Shown here: in pieces, positions 7,023 to 14,786 of the stretch
Numbering within the stretch: position 1 is the stretch's first letter
Layout of the letters: each line of letters opens with the position of its first letter
Source: a virus
Taxonomy: Duplodnaviria > Caudoviricetes
Reading direction: 5' to 3' (one strand)
IMG/VR virus record: IMGVR_UViG_3300044267_002764
Location: 1 to 25,948 of that record
Length of the DNA stretch: 25,948 bases
Program-made: the position numbers and the translations under genes
Notes under the pieces: generated by a model
What the model was told of the DNA's origin: nothing
Databases searched by the model: none
Seen by the model: only the letters and a program-made list of their open reading frames with translations

Positions 7023-7306
7023 TGCCTACGCATACACCTGGACCATGGACCGAAAACGCCTGCGAGATTCAAGCCGAAGATGGCTCACCCATCTGTGAGA
7101 TGCTGGCGCGACCAGAGGACAGTGGGGTCAACTACCCCCATTCACCTGTCGCTGATGCCAACAGCCGCCTAATCTGTGCAGCACCTGACCTGCTCAACTT
7201 ATCGAAGCTACTTGCATCAGCCTTGGAAAGCATGCTCTCTGACGAGCCACCTTGGCATCGTGAAGAAGAGTACAGACAACTAATAAATGAGGTGAGTGAT
7301 GCATAG
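7022..7306 (+). CDS. Phage hypothetical protein (HTPGPW...AAPDLL type)
   Basis: MPTHTPGPW and ADANSRLICAAPDLL motifs; coupled start. Confidence 0.8.
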   Translation: MPTHTPGPWTENACEIQAEDGSPICEMLARPEDSGVNYPHSPVADANSRLICAAPDLLNLSKLLASALESMLSDEPPWHREEEYRQLINEVSDA

Positions 7307-7517
7307 GCTGACCATCACCACGCAAGTCCCTTATCGTGAAGGATACAACGCAGTAAACATTAGCGCCATACCGCACTATAAGACGGTGACAATACTCACG
7401 GCTTACGCCAATAGTGAGGAGGTTCTTCGACAAGTCGCATTAGACTTTGTAACCCCTCGAAGCAGGCAACTGACCGTGAACATCGAGGAGGTGAGTGATG
7501 CCAATGACATGGGTTGA
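7299..7517 (+). CDS. Hypothetical protein (72 aa)
   Basis: GAGGTGAGTG-ATG start. Confidence 0.6.
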   Translation: MHRLTITTQVPYREGYNAVNISAIPHYKTVTILTAYANSEEVLRQVALDFVTPRSRQLTVNIEEVSDANDMG

Positions 7518-7908
7518 GCCAGAGGTGGCATTTGAGATTCGCGTGCAATGCACCCGCGAAGAGATTGAGGGGCACAACGCCCTATCACCAGACAATGACT
7601 TTCGGGACTTCGACAACATGGGTGGCCTGACCTTCGAGGTGTACCACGTCTACAAGGACCAGTCCCTGGACAACAGGATGACCTACTGGTACACGATAGA
7701 CCGTCACGAGGACTGCGAGTTTGAGTTCGATATTCGACTCATACAGAATCACCCCATCGGGCATCAAGAGGCACTACAGCAGGCCCTCGACTCAGGGCTG
7801 TTCTACTTCGATGGTCAAAACTTATCCCAGCGATGCGTTGACTTTGCCAAGGACTACCGAGACAAGTGCAAGGAAGCTCGCGACTGGATGGAGTGGGTCA
7901 ACCAATAA
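7498..7908 (+). CDS. Hypothetical protein (136 aa)
   Basis: GGAGGTGAGTG-ATG start. Confidence 0.75.
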   Translation: MPMTWVEPEVAFEIRVQCTREEIEGHNALSPDNDFRDFDNMGGLTFEVYHVYKDQSLDNRMTYWYTIDRHEDCEFEFDIRLIQNHPIGHQEALQQALDSGLFYFDGQNLSQRCVDFAKDYRDKCKEARDWMEWVNQ

Positions 7909-7939
7909 GAAGCAAGGGAGTGGTTCTTCCTAAGAGCCG

Positions 7940-7976
7940 AGCAGGAAGGCATGTCGGCGCAAAATAGATGCCTTAC
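7940..7976 (+). repeat. AGCAGG-hairpin motif, copy 1
   Basis: AGCAGG-AAGGCAT-GT-N8-AATAG-ATGCCTT-AC. Confidence 0.8.
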
Positions 7977-7977
7977 T

Positions 7978-7995
7978 CCGGACATATTCTGTCCG
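7978..7995. promoter_or_regulatory. Operator-like palindrome
   Basis: cCGGACA-tattc-TGTCCG; same half-sites and spacing as 20403-20419. Confidence 0.45.
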
Positions 7996-8061
7996 ACAAG
8001 TGTAGCCCCACAAGGTTACAGTACTATAGACCGAGCCACTTGCAACCTGGCTCTCCAACCC

Positions 8062-8099
8062 AGCAGGAAGGCATGTGGGTGGTCGAATAGATGCCTTAC
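8062..8099 (+). repeat. AGCAGG-hairpin motif, copy 2
   Basis: AGCAGG-AAGGCAT-GT-N9-AATAG-ATGCCTT-AC. Confidence 0.8.
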
Positions 8100-8128
8100 A
8101 CCACAATAAAAAGAGGAGAAACACCACC

Positions 8129-9550
8129 ATGTCCAGCACATACAAGGGCGACAGCCCCGGCAAGAAAATCACCAGACTACGAATGTGGCACCAGATGTTC
8201 TACTTCGCGAACTGGCTCAACATGACCAACGATGGCATCCTCGTTCTTGCCGGTGATGGTGGTGACATGTCCGCACTCGATGGGTGGGGCATTGACCACG
8301 ACAAGATTACCGCAGTGGACATGGAGAAGAGCAGCGTTGACAAGTGTCGCCAGCGGTTTCCGGGCATGAAGGTTGTGCATGGTAGTCTTGGTTCCGTAGT
8401 AAAGAACCCCAATGTACACTACAACATGGCACACGTAGACTTCTGCGGCGGCTTGACCATGCCAAACATCAACACGCTTGTCGATGTCATAAACAACGCA
8501 GACAAGAGCCAGCCGTTTATCCTTTCAATCACCATGCTGAAGGGCCGAGAGTACAAGCGAGCCAACGGAAAAATGGTGTCGAAGCTGCCTCGTAGTCTTC
8601 GGAAGATGTACGCAAAACAGTTCAGGGCTACTGGAAATGAGATTGCTGCACGCATGATGATGAACGGACCATTTGAGCCCCGCAAGCTCATCGACATTGG
8701 AGAGCAGTCTCTTCTGAAAGAGTGGCATGAAGCAAAGCGCAACGGGAGACACCGCAGACTTTCCGACATGGCTGTGCGTAACGCAGTAACGAAAGGCGGA
8801 AAGATTAGCTATCTCGGAACGTGCGTGTCCAGGATGGAGGTTCTCCGCGAGTGCTTAATCTCAAGAATGATTCAAGAGGAAGCGGTTGAAGCCCTCAACT
8901 GTGGAAGGGTCAAGGTGGGTGGAACCGTTAACGACCTTGACGCTGCGATGGGAATACTTCAAGGTGGGATCCTCGGTTACCACAGTAGAAATGGAAAGCA
9001 GCACGGCACACCGTTCGTCACGATGACATTCGTTATCGCCCACGGGATTGTTCTTGACCTGCTTTGCAGAGAGCAGTCTGAGTACGATGGTCACTCTTAC
9101 TTTAACTATGGCGCAGCAACCTTTGGCTACTACCGAGCCATAACCGCAGCACAAGGGGAACTGGCGCTCAGGCCATTCGTTGCACAGTATGCAAAACTTG
9201 TGGGGACAGCGGCAGCAGCAAAGGTCTTTGACCTGCCCAAGGGCACAGTGGCCGCATGGTTAGCTCATCTTAATATGGGGACGTACAACAATATCCTTGA
9301 GCAACTTAAGGGCCAATACCTGACGCTCGCGCCAAGAGAAGGGCTTGAATATGAGCAAGCAAAGAAGTCTCTGCTTTTGGGGTGCGAGCACTGGGGCTTG
9401 AACTTTGGGCCAGAGCCTCATGCGCTCAACCTTAGAGACGTATACAGAGCCAACCGAGAAGTCATGGCTGCAAACGGACGGTCACCACTAGGTGACTGGG
9501 ACGTTCGACCACATGAGCAGGGCTTCTCAATAATGACACCGGAGTACTAA
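8129..9550 (+). CDS. Class I SAM-methyltransferase-like domain fused to a C-terminal HTH (473 aa)
   Basis: GAGGAG-ATG 8129; ILVLAGDGGD / ITAVD / VVHGSL / AHVDFCG Rossmann-like strand pattern; GTAAAAKVFDLPKGTVAAWLAH HTH pattern. Confidence 0.55.
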   Translation: MSSTYKGDSPGKKITRLRMWHQMFYFANWLNMTNDGILVLAGDGGDMSALDGWGIDHDKITAVDMEKSSVDKCRQRFPGMKVVHGSLGSVVKNPNVHYNMAHVDFCGGLTMPNINTLVDVINNADKSQPFILSITMLKGREYKRANGKMVSKLPRSLRKMYAKQFRATGNEIAARMMMNGPFEPRKLIDIGEQSLLKEWHEAKRNGRHRRLSDMAVRNAVTKGGKISYLGTCVSRMEVLRECLISRMIQEEAVEALNCGRVKVGGTVNDLDAAMGILQGGILGYHSRNGKQHGTPFVTMTFVIAHGIVLDLLCREQSEYDGHSYFNYGAATFGYYRAITAAQGELALRPFVAQYAKLVGTAAAAKVFDLPKGTVAAWLAHLNMGTYNNILEQLKGQYLTLAPREGLEYEQAKKSLLLGCEHWGLNFGPEPHALNLRDVYRANREVMAANGRSPLGDWDVRPHEQGFSIMTPEY

Positions 9551-10038
9551 TGAGCAACGTACCTGATGATTGGGGGTCGTACTACAAGACCTGCCCAGAC
9601 TGTGGATATCGAGCGCACGCAAGCGAGGGATATGACTGCAAATGTGAAGAGGTCTTTCGCTGCGAGAGGTACTACCAGCCTGGTGAGAACGGTAAGTTTG
9701 TAAGGTGCGACACCGAGGTCGCGGACGAAGACAAGCTGACCAAGAACTTCGATGGCGAGGCTTGGTGCAAGGACTGCATCGACCTGCACAGTTTTACGTG
9801 CGGCATCTGCGGAGACATCTTTCCAGACGATAACGACCATCTTTACGATAACGACCGCCTTTCAGAAAACGCCACAGTTGATGAGGACCACTGCTGTATA
9901 TGGTGCGACGAGGACTACAAGGACAAGAGAATCGGTCATCACGCGGTCACAGTGGCCGTTGTTGAGGAGACTGAGGAAACAACAAGCGAGCGCATTATTC
10001 GCGCTCAAATCGAGGGGGGCATCAATGCCAAAGATTAG
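9550..10038 (+). CDS. Multi-CxxC zinc-finger protein
   Basis: CPDC, CKC, CKDC, CGIC, CIWC; TAATG coupling. Confidence 0.7.
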   Translation: MSNVPDDWGSYYKTCPDCGYRAHASEGYDCKCEEVFRCERYYQPGENGKFVRCDTEVADEDKLTKNFDGEAWCKDCIDLHSFTCGICGDIFPDDNDHLYDNDRLSENATVDEDHCCIWCDEDYKDKRIGHHAVTVAVVEETEETTSERIIRAQIEGGINAKD

Positions 10039-10246
10039 AAACAAAGCAGGACAACCACTGCCAGAAGTGAACCCAGAAAACGCTGAGCTTTTGTGGCATG
10101 CGCTGTGGGCCATTACTCACGCAGTCGAGCAGTTGGAGTTTGCCGTCAAGGTCAACACGTACCGCAACGAAGAGATGGACCTTGGTGCCTGGGAGTTTGC
10201 ACGACTCGCGCTGACCACATCACGCGAAGACGTAGCTGCCAACTAA
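10025..10246 (+). CDS. Hypothetical protein (73 aa)
   Basis: GAGGGGG upstream of ATG 10025. Confidence 0.65.
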   Translation: MPKIRNKAGQPLPEVNPENAELLWHALWAITHAVEQLEFAVKVNTYRNEEMDLGAWEFARLALTTSREDVAAN

Positions 10247-10374
10247 TCGAATATCGTTGCTGCCACGCCGTTTTCGTGGTAGAGCACACTGACGCCACAG
10301 GAGAAACAACATGAGCACTATCGTTCTTGAGCTTTGCTGTGGCATTCACCAGAAGCACACGGGGAGGTGTGACA

Positions 10375-11706
10375 ATGCCAAGCGAAAAGTTGGCTGACGG
10401 TATCAAGGGTGCCGTGGGGGTTCACAGCGTTTATCTCGCTGCGAAGCATGATGAGAACCTGGCTGGACGATTCAGCCATACAGATGGGAAGTCGTTGATT
10501 GACGGCCCCTCAAAGGCGACCAAGAGGTCTATTGCTAATGTCATGGTCTACATGGCTGGACGCTACAGTAAGCACTTGACCTTTGAAGAGGTGGAGATGG
10601 GACTGCTTGCTGCTGCACAGTCAGCAACCATCAACGGGAAACGCCAGAAGTCTGGTCCCAACTTCGATGAGCTTGGGTCTTCGCTTGCCAAAGAGATTGA
10701 GGGCAAGCTTACTCAAGACGACATCGGAGCAGAGATTAAAGACATCATCGACAGGTTCCAGCTATACGACCCTGCGTCTCACTCTTACCGCACTATCGAG
10801 CAGGCTCTCGGTGTTGCGCTCAGGATGCTTGGGTGGGACAGGCGGAGACAAATGACTGGAGGCACTCGGGCCTACAGGTGGTACCCGCCAGAAGGCTTCT
10901 TTGACTCCAGCACGCCGAATGAGGTGAGCGAGCCAGAAGATGTAGCCATCGATGCGAGCGGCGTTGACGATGTGTTTGACGACTGGTCTGACGACATTGC
11001 TGAGGAAGAGGTGGTTGAAGAGCAGCCACAGAAGCCGAAGAAGCTGAAGAACAGTGGAGTCAAGCCAGATGAAAAACTGGCCGATAAAATCTCAACAATG
11101 AACCTGTACCCAGGAATCAGTTCGTATGAGATTGCAATGGCGAGCTATGACTTTGTCGGCAACGGGCTCGACATTCCGACCGACGAGTCAGAAATGCCCC
11201 ACAAGGCCAAGCTTTCTATTGGGGCAACGATGAAGGACATGGGCTGGGCCAAGAAGACCAGGCGCATCGATGGTGTGCCGCACGTTGGATGGCACCCGCC
11301 AGAAGGATGGGAGGAGCCAGAGCATCCAGAGACTGTTCTCCGAAAGAAGAGTGACGTTGAGCCAGACGATGTCTTCACTGAGCCTGACGACACAGAGCCT
11401 GCAAGTGTAGCGGACGGTCTGCCAAGACTTAACGAATCTGCTGAGCTTGAAGATGACCTGCCATGGCCAGACATGACTGACTTTTCAGGTGACTCAGGGG
11501 ATGAAGGTGAAGCCGAAGCTGTTGAAGATTCTGCTTACATCAAAGAGATCGGACCTGAAGGCCATGAAAAGGTGTACCTTGCCACGATCATCATGAAGCA
11601 CACAGGCGTGTACTTGAAGGGAACGGAAAAGTATCCAGCAGAGAGGATGCTTGAGTGGGATGCAGATGAAGACATCTGGTTCTTTCACTCTGGGGGCGAA
11701 GAGTAA
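10375..11706 (+). CDS. Acidic protein with a VapE-like N-terminal region and two repeats of a VapE C-terminal-like motif, no ATPase motifs (443 aa)
   Basis: GGAGGT-ATG 10375; internal repeats G..(L/M)..(L/M)GW....(R/Q)..G.....W.PPEG; visual similarity to 17747-19084. Confidence 0.65.
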   Translation: MPSEKLADGIKGAVGVHSVYLAAKHDENLAGRFSHTDGKSLIDGPSKATKRSIANVMVYMAGRYSKHLTFEEVEMGLLAAAQSATINGKRQKSGPNFDELGSSLAKEIEGKLTQDDIGAEIKDIIDRFQLYDPASHSYRTIEQALGVALRMLGWDRRRQMTGGTRAYRWYPPEGFFDSSTPNEVSEPEDVAIDASGVDDVFDDWSDDIAEEEVVEEQPQKPKKLKNSGVKPDEKLADKISTMNLYPGISSYEIAMASYDFVGNGLDIPTDESEMPHKAKLSIGATMKDMGWAKKTRRIDGVPHVGWHPPEGWEEPEHPETVLRKKSDVEPDDVFTEPDDTEPASVADGLPRLNESAELEDDLPWPDMTDFSGDSGDEGEAEAVEDSAYIKEIGPEGHEKVYLATIIMKHTGVYLKGTEKYPAERMLEWDADEDIWFFHSGGEE

Positions 11707-11719
11707 GGCTTCAGCCGCG

Positions 11720-11755
11720 AGCAGGGAGGCATGTCGTACCAATAGATGCCTCAAC
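11720..11755 (+). repeat. AGCAGG-hairpin motif, copy 3
   Basis: AGCAGG-GAGGCAT-GT-N6-AATAG-ATGCCTC-AAC; compensatory A-U to G-C change. Confidence 0.8.
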
Positions 11756-11807
11756 ACCATTGACACCACAACCATTTTACACTACATTTAGTGTTAGGAG
11801 AAACACC

Positions 11808-13217
11808 ATGGCAGACTTGAGATGCGTGGTAGGGGGAGGCTGGTTCTTACCTCCAGGCTCACCACACATAGACGGCATTCGAGCCAAGTACACATGCCCC
11901 AATCCTCAGCATGGTCAGGCAATGTCTCTCCGAAAGAAGGGGAAGTGGATTGAGGTTCCAGACGAAAATGTGTACGCATGCCACATGATTCCGCTTCGAC
12001 ACAAGTGGGGCCTTGGTTTAATGATTCCAAGAGGCATCGCTCTTCAGAATGAGGTTGATGTTGAACTGCACTCGGTCATGTCTTTCCCAGAGCTTGAAGA
12101 TGCCCAATGTGGCCTCAAGCTTGCTGACGGCATGAGCCTGCGGCCATACCAGCAGGAGGCTGTAGACGCAGTGGTAGACAACTACAACGGCCTAATCATT
12201 GCTCCATGTGGTGCAGGGAAGACGATGATAGGGCTTGGAGCGATGACGAAGTTCGACACGCGGATCGTTGTACTTGTCCACACTAATGACCTTGCACAAC
12301 AATGGAAGCAGCGCATCGAAGCGCAGCTACGGACACGCAGCGGTGACGTTCCGAAGGTAAGCATATGCGGCGACGGCAAGCGCGACGACTCAGGCCAGAT
12401 TGTCATTGCCATGTTTCAGTCCCTCGCCAAGGGACGATGGGAAGAGGTTCAAGAGTGGGGCAAGCAGTTCGGTGTCTGCATCGTTGACGAAGCTCACCAC
12501 GTTCCAGCGAACACATTCAGCAAGGTAATGATGTCCATGCCTGCAAAGGTTCGCGTGGGCCTTACAGCTACGCCAGACAGGCCAGACGGGCTTGGTGCGA
12601 TGCTTGGTTGGCACTTCGGCAAAGAGTTGTTCCGAATCACAACCAAAGAGCTAATCGATATGGGCCGGGTAATGAGGCCGGACATTCTATTCACGAAGAC
12701 AAGCTGGACGCCAGCGGGAAAGATGGACTGGCCAAAGCTCATCTCAAGCATGTGCAACGACGATGAAAGGAACGACCAGATACTGGAAATGGTTGAGTCG
12801 TTCATCAAGGAAGGCAGGCAGGTTCTTGTTCTGTCCGACAGAGTCCAGCACTGCGTTGACATGGCTGATGACTTGGCAAATCGCGGCTGTAGTGCTGCTG
12901 CGCTGGTGGGCAGGATGACAAAGAAGCAGAGGGCACAGGTTCTTGCTGATGCCGATAGTCGTCAGTTGGAAGCGATCTTTGCTACTACAATCGCAGACGA
13001 GGGTCTCGACCTTCCAGGGCTGGACACCATTGTGTTGACCACGCCAACAAAGGCACTGGGTCGCATTCAGCAGCGCATTGGAAGAATCATGCGAACAGCA
13101 GAAAACAAGAAGAAGCCCATTGTTGTTGACCTTGTCGATAACAGCAAGGCTGCATGGTACGCACACAAGAAGCGGGCAGAGTTCTACACGGGATTAGGCT
13201 GTAATGTTCAAAAATAA
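11808..13217 (+). CDS. Superfamily 2 DEAD/DEAH-box DNA helicase (ResIII/UvsW-like)
   Basis: LRPYQ, APCGAGKT, DEAHH, GLTATPDR, EGLDLP, QRIGRIMR; AGGAG-ATG 11808. Confidence 0.92.
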   Translation: MADLRCVVGGGWFLPPGSPHIDGIRAKYTCPNPQHGQAMSLRKKGKWIEVPDENVYACHMIPLRHKWGLGLMIPRGIALQNEVDVELHSVMSFPELEDAQCGLKLADGMSLRPYQQEAVDAVVDNYNGLIIAPCGAGKTMIGLGAMTKFDTRIVVLVHTNDLAQQWKQRIEAQLRTRSGDVPKVSICGDGKRDDSGQIVIAMFQSLAKGRWEEVQEWGKQFGVCIVDEAHHVPANTFSKVMMSMPAKVRVGLTATPDRPDGLGAMLGWHFGKELFRITTKELIDMGRVMRPDILFTKTSWTPAGKMDWPKLISSMCNDDERNDQILEMVESFIKEGRQVLVLSDRVQHCVDMADDLANRGCSAAALVGRMTKKQRAQVLADADSRQLEAIFATTIADEGLDLPGLDTIVLTTPTKALGRIQQRIGRIMRTAENKKKPIVVDLVDNSKAAWYAHKKRAEFYTGLGCNVQK

Positions 13218-13234
13218 TAAAGACGGAAGAAAAG

Positions 13235-13498
13235 ATGATGTGTCCAGTTTGCGGGGCAAAAACAAAGGTGGTGGCTTCTCGAAGCATTGCTAAACCAGGC
13301 AGAGGATGGTCCGTAAGCTTGGCTGACAAGGTTGTCGGTTGGTACACTAAGGACTTTATAGTCCGAAGACGGCGCTGCACTGAATGCTCATTCAGCGACC
13401 ATACAGTCGAGATTTTTACTGACGACGTGAAAGGGCTCGTAAAAGAGTCCATAGACGGGCACGCGCCCGAATACTTAACAACAAAGGAGAAGAGATGA
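13235..13498 (+). CDS. NrdR-like N-terminal zinc-ribbon protein (no ATP cone)
   Basis: MCPVCG..TKVVASR...VRRRRCTEC....T.E. Confidence 0.75.
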   Translation: MMCPVCGAKTKVVASRSIAKPGRGWSVSLADKVVGWYTKDFIVRRRRCTECSFSDHTVEIFTDDVKGLVKESIDGHAPEYLTTKEKR

Positions 13499-13881
13499 AT
13501 AGAGTCATTTTGACTGGAAACTTGGGCCAGAAGCCTGAGATTAGAAAGGCCAACTCTGGTATGGCCATTACCAATCTTCGGATTGCAACCAACGAGCGCG
13601 TCAAGGACGGCGACCAGTACAAGGACCACACTGAGTGGCACACTGTAGTTGTCTTCGGCAAGCAGGCTGAGAACTGCTGCAACTTCCTCGACAAGGGGTC
13701 TAAGGTTGGGGTTGAAGGAAAGATTCGCACTCGCGAGTATCAGGACAAAGAAGGCAACAATCGCAAGAGCACAGAGGTTGTTGCAGATCGTGTCGAGTTT
13801 CTGAGCAGGCCAGTGAATGGCGTCTCTCAGAGTCAGCCTCAGTCTGGATACCAGGCGAACGACGAAGAGATTCCGTTCTAG
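13495..13881 (+). CDS. ssb: Single-stranded DNA-binding protein
   Basis: NRVILTGNLGQKPE, TEWH.VV.FGKQAE, KGSKV.VEGKIRTR, acidic tail DEEIPF. Confidence 0.95.
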   Translation: MNRVILTGNLGQKPEIRKANSGMAITNLRIATNERVKDGDQYKDHTEWHTVVVFGKQAENCCNFLDKGSKVGVEGKIRTREYQDKEGNNRKSTEVVADRVEFLSRPVNGVSQSQPQSGYQANDEEIPF

Positions 13882-13889
13882 GAATCGAA

Positions 13890-13963
13890 TGGGGTGAGGC
13901 GTCACAGGCAGACGTACCGGGTTGTTACCCCGGCTGTTGTAGGTTCGAGTCCTACCGCCCCAG
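13890..13963 (+). tRNA. tRNA-Asn(GTT), CCA not encoded
   Basis: Acceptor TGGGGTG/CGCCCCA-G; anticodon arm ccggg-TTGTTAC-cccgg; T arm gtagg-TTCGAGT-cctac; D arm atypical (A at position 8). Confidence 0.85.
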
Positions 13964-13980
13964 CTTTTTGAAATCTAATA

Positions 13981-14102
13981 TGGGGTGATCCACTGTGGGA
14001 ATGTGGCTGCGCACTGACTTAGTCAATCAGCGATACCGACTGACTTAAGGTATTGAAAAGCGCAGGGCTTAGGCCATGCAGGTTCAAATCCTGTCACCCT
14101 TT
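13981..14102 (+). ncRNA. tRNA-like RNA with a 47-nt insert in place of the anticodon loop
   Basis: GGGGTGA/TCACCCT acceptor; ccac/gtgg D stem; ctgcgc/gcgcag stem; ggc-ttag-gcc variable arm; cagg-TTCAAAT-cctg T arm. Confidence 0.7.
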
Positions 14103-14111
14103 ACCTTTATA

Positions 14112-14281
14112 GGGGATGTGGCGAAATTAGTAAACGCGGCAAAGAATGACCTGCGACCTGTGGGGTATACACCTGGGTAGGCAACCAAGAACGATCAACT
14201 TGGCGTGGAATAGATTCTTGCTGGCTCATGTGGCTTTTGCTGGCCCATGTGGCTTTGGGGGTGCAAATCCCCCCATCCCTG
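14112..14281 (+). ncRNA. tRNA-Leu-like RNA with expanded anticodon and variable regions
   Basis: GGGGATG/CATCCCT acceptor; TG-GCG-AAATTAGTAAA-CGC D arm; ggggg-TGCAAAT-ccccc T arm; about 170 nt in total. Confidence 0.7.
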
Positions 14282-14297
14282 CTTTTTAGGAGAAACA

Positions 14298-14480
14298 ATG
14301 CCAATCTATGTTTTTGAATGCAATGCATGCGGCAGGATCGCCGAGGTGCTTCAGAGCTTTGCTGACCCTTGGCCAGACTGTGCCAAGTGCGAAAAGCAGA
14401 TGAAGAAGAAGCCTGCTCTCACAAGCTTCAGCCTTAAGGGCGATAGCTGGGCGAGGGACAACTACGGACTGAAGAAATGA
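14298..14480 (+). CDS. FmdB-family zinc-ribbon protein (60 aa)
   Basis: MPIY.FEC..CG...CAKC...F.LKG..W...Y; AGGAG-ATG 14298. Confidence 0.85.
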   Translation: MPIYVFECNACGRIAEVLQSFADPWPDCAKCEKQMKKKPALTSFSLKGDSWARDNYGLKK

Positions 14481-14786
14481 TTACCGCATCGCATCGATCT
14501 TCAGCTTTAGAAGATCATTCTCGCGCTTCACGTAATCAACCTCAACCTTCAAGGCAGAGACTTCGGTCATCAGTTGTATGATTTGCTCAAGGTGCTCATC
14601 GCGCTCTTGCTCAAGCTTCTCGACCCTCTTGATGAGGTCGTCTCGATACAGCGTCTGCTCAGCCTTTTCTTCGACCTGCTTCTCTCTCTTTTGCTTCAAC
14701 ATGAACTCGTAAAACTTAAACGCACCAGCACTGAACACGCCTGTAACAGCAGCGACGATTGCAGCAGTGGTGGTCGGTTTATCCAC
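14481..14786 (-). CDS. N-terminal TM plus coiled-coil protein
   Basis: Hydrophobic AAIVAAVTGVFSAGAF followed by a heptad-rich charged region. Confidence 0.75.
   Translation of the reverse strand: MDKPTTTAAIVAAVTGVFSAGAFKFYEFMLKQKREKQVEEKAEQTLYRDDLIKRVEKLEQERDEHLEQIIQLMTEVSALKVEVDYVKRENDLLKLKIDAMR

Noticed and set aside
13235-13498. Assigning the symbol nrdR
   Set aside because: Only the zinc-ribbon half is present; the ATP-cone domain is missing.
14112-14281. tmRNA or group I intron-containing tRNA
   Set aside because: Too short; no G3-U70 alanine identity pair or tag ORF, and the insert is far below group I intron size.
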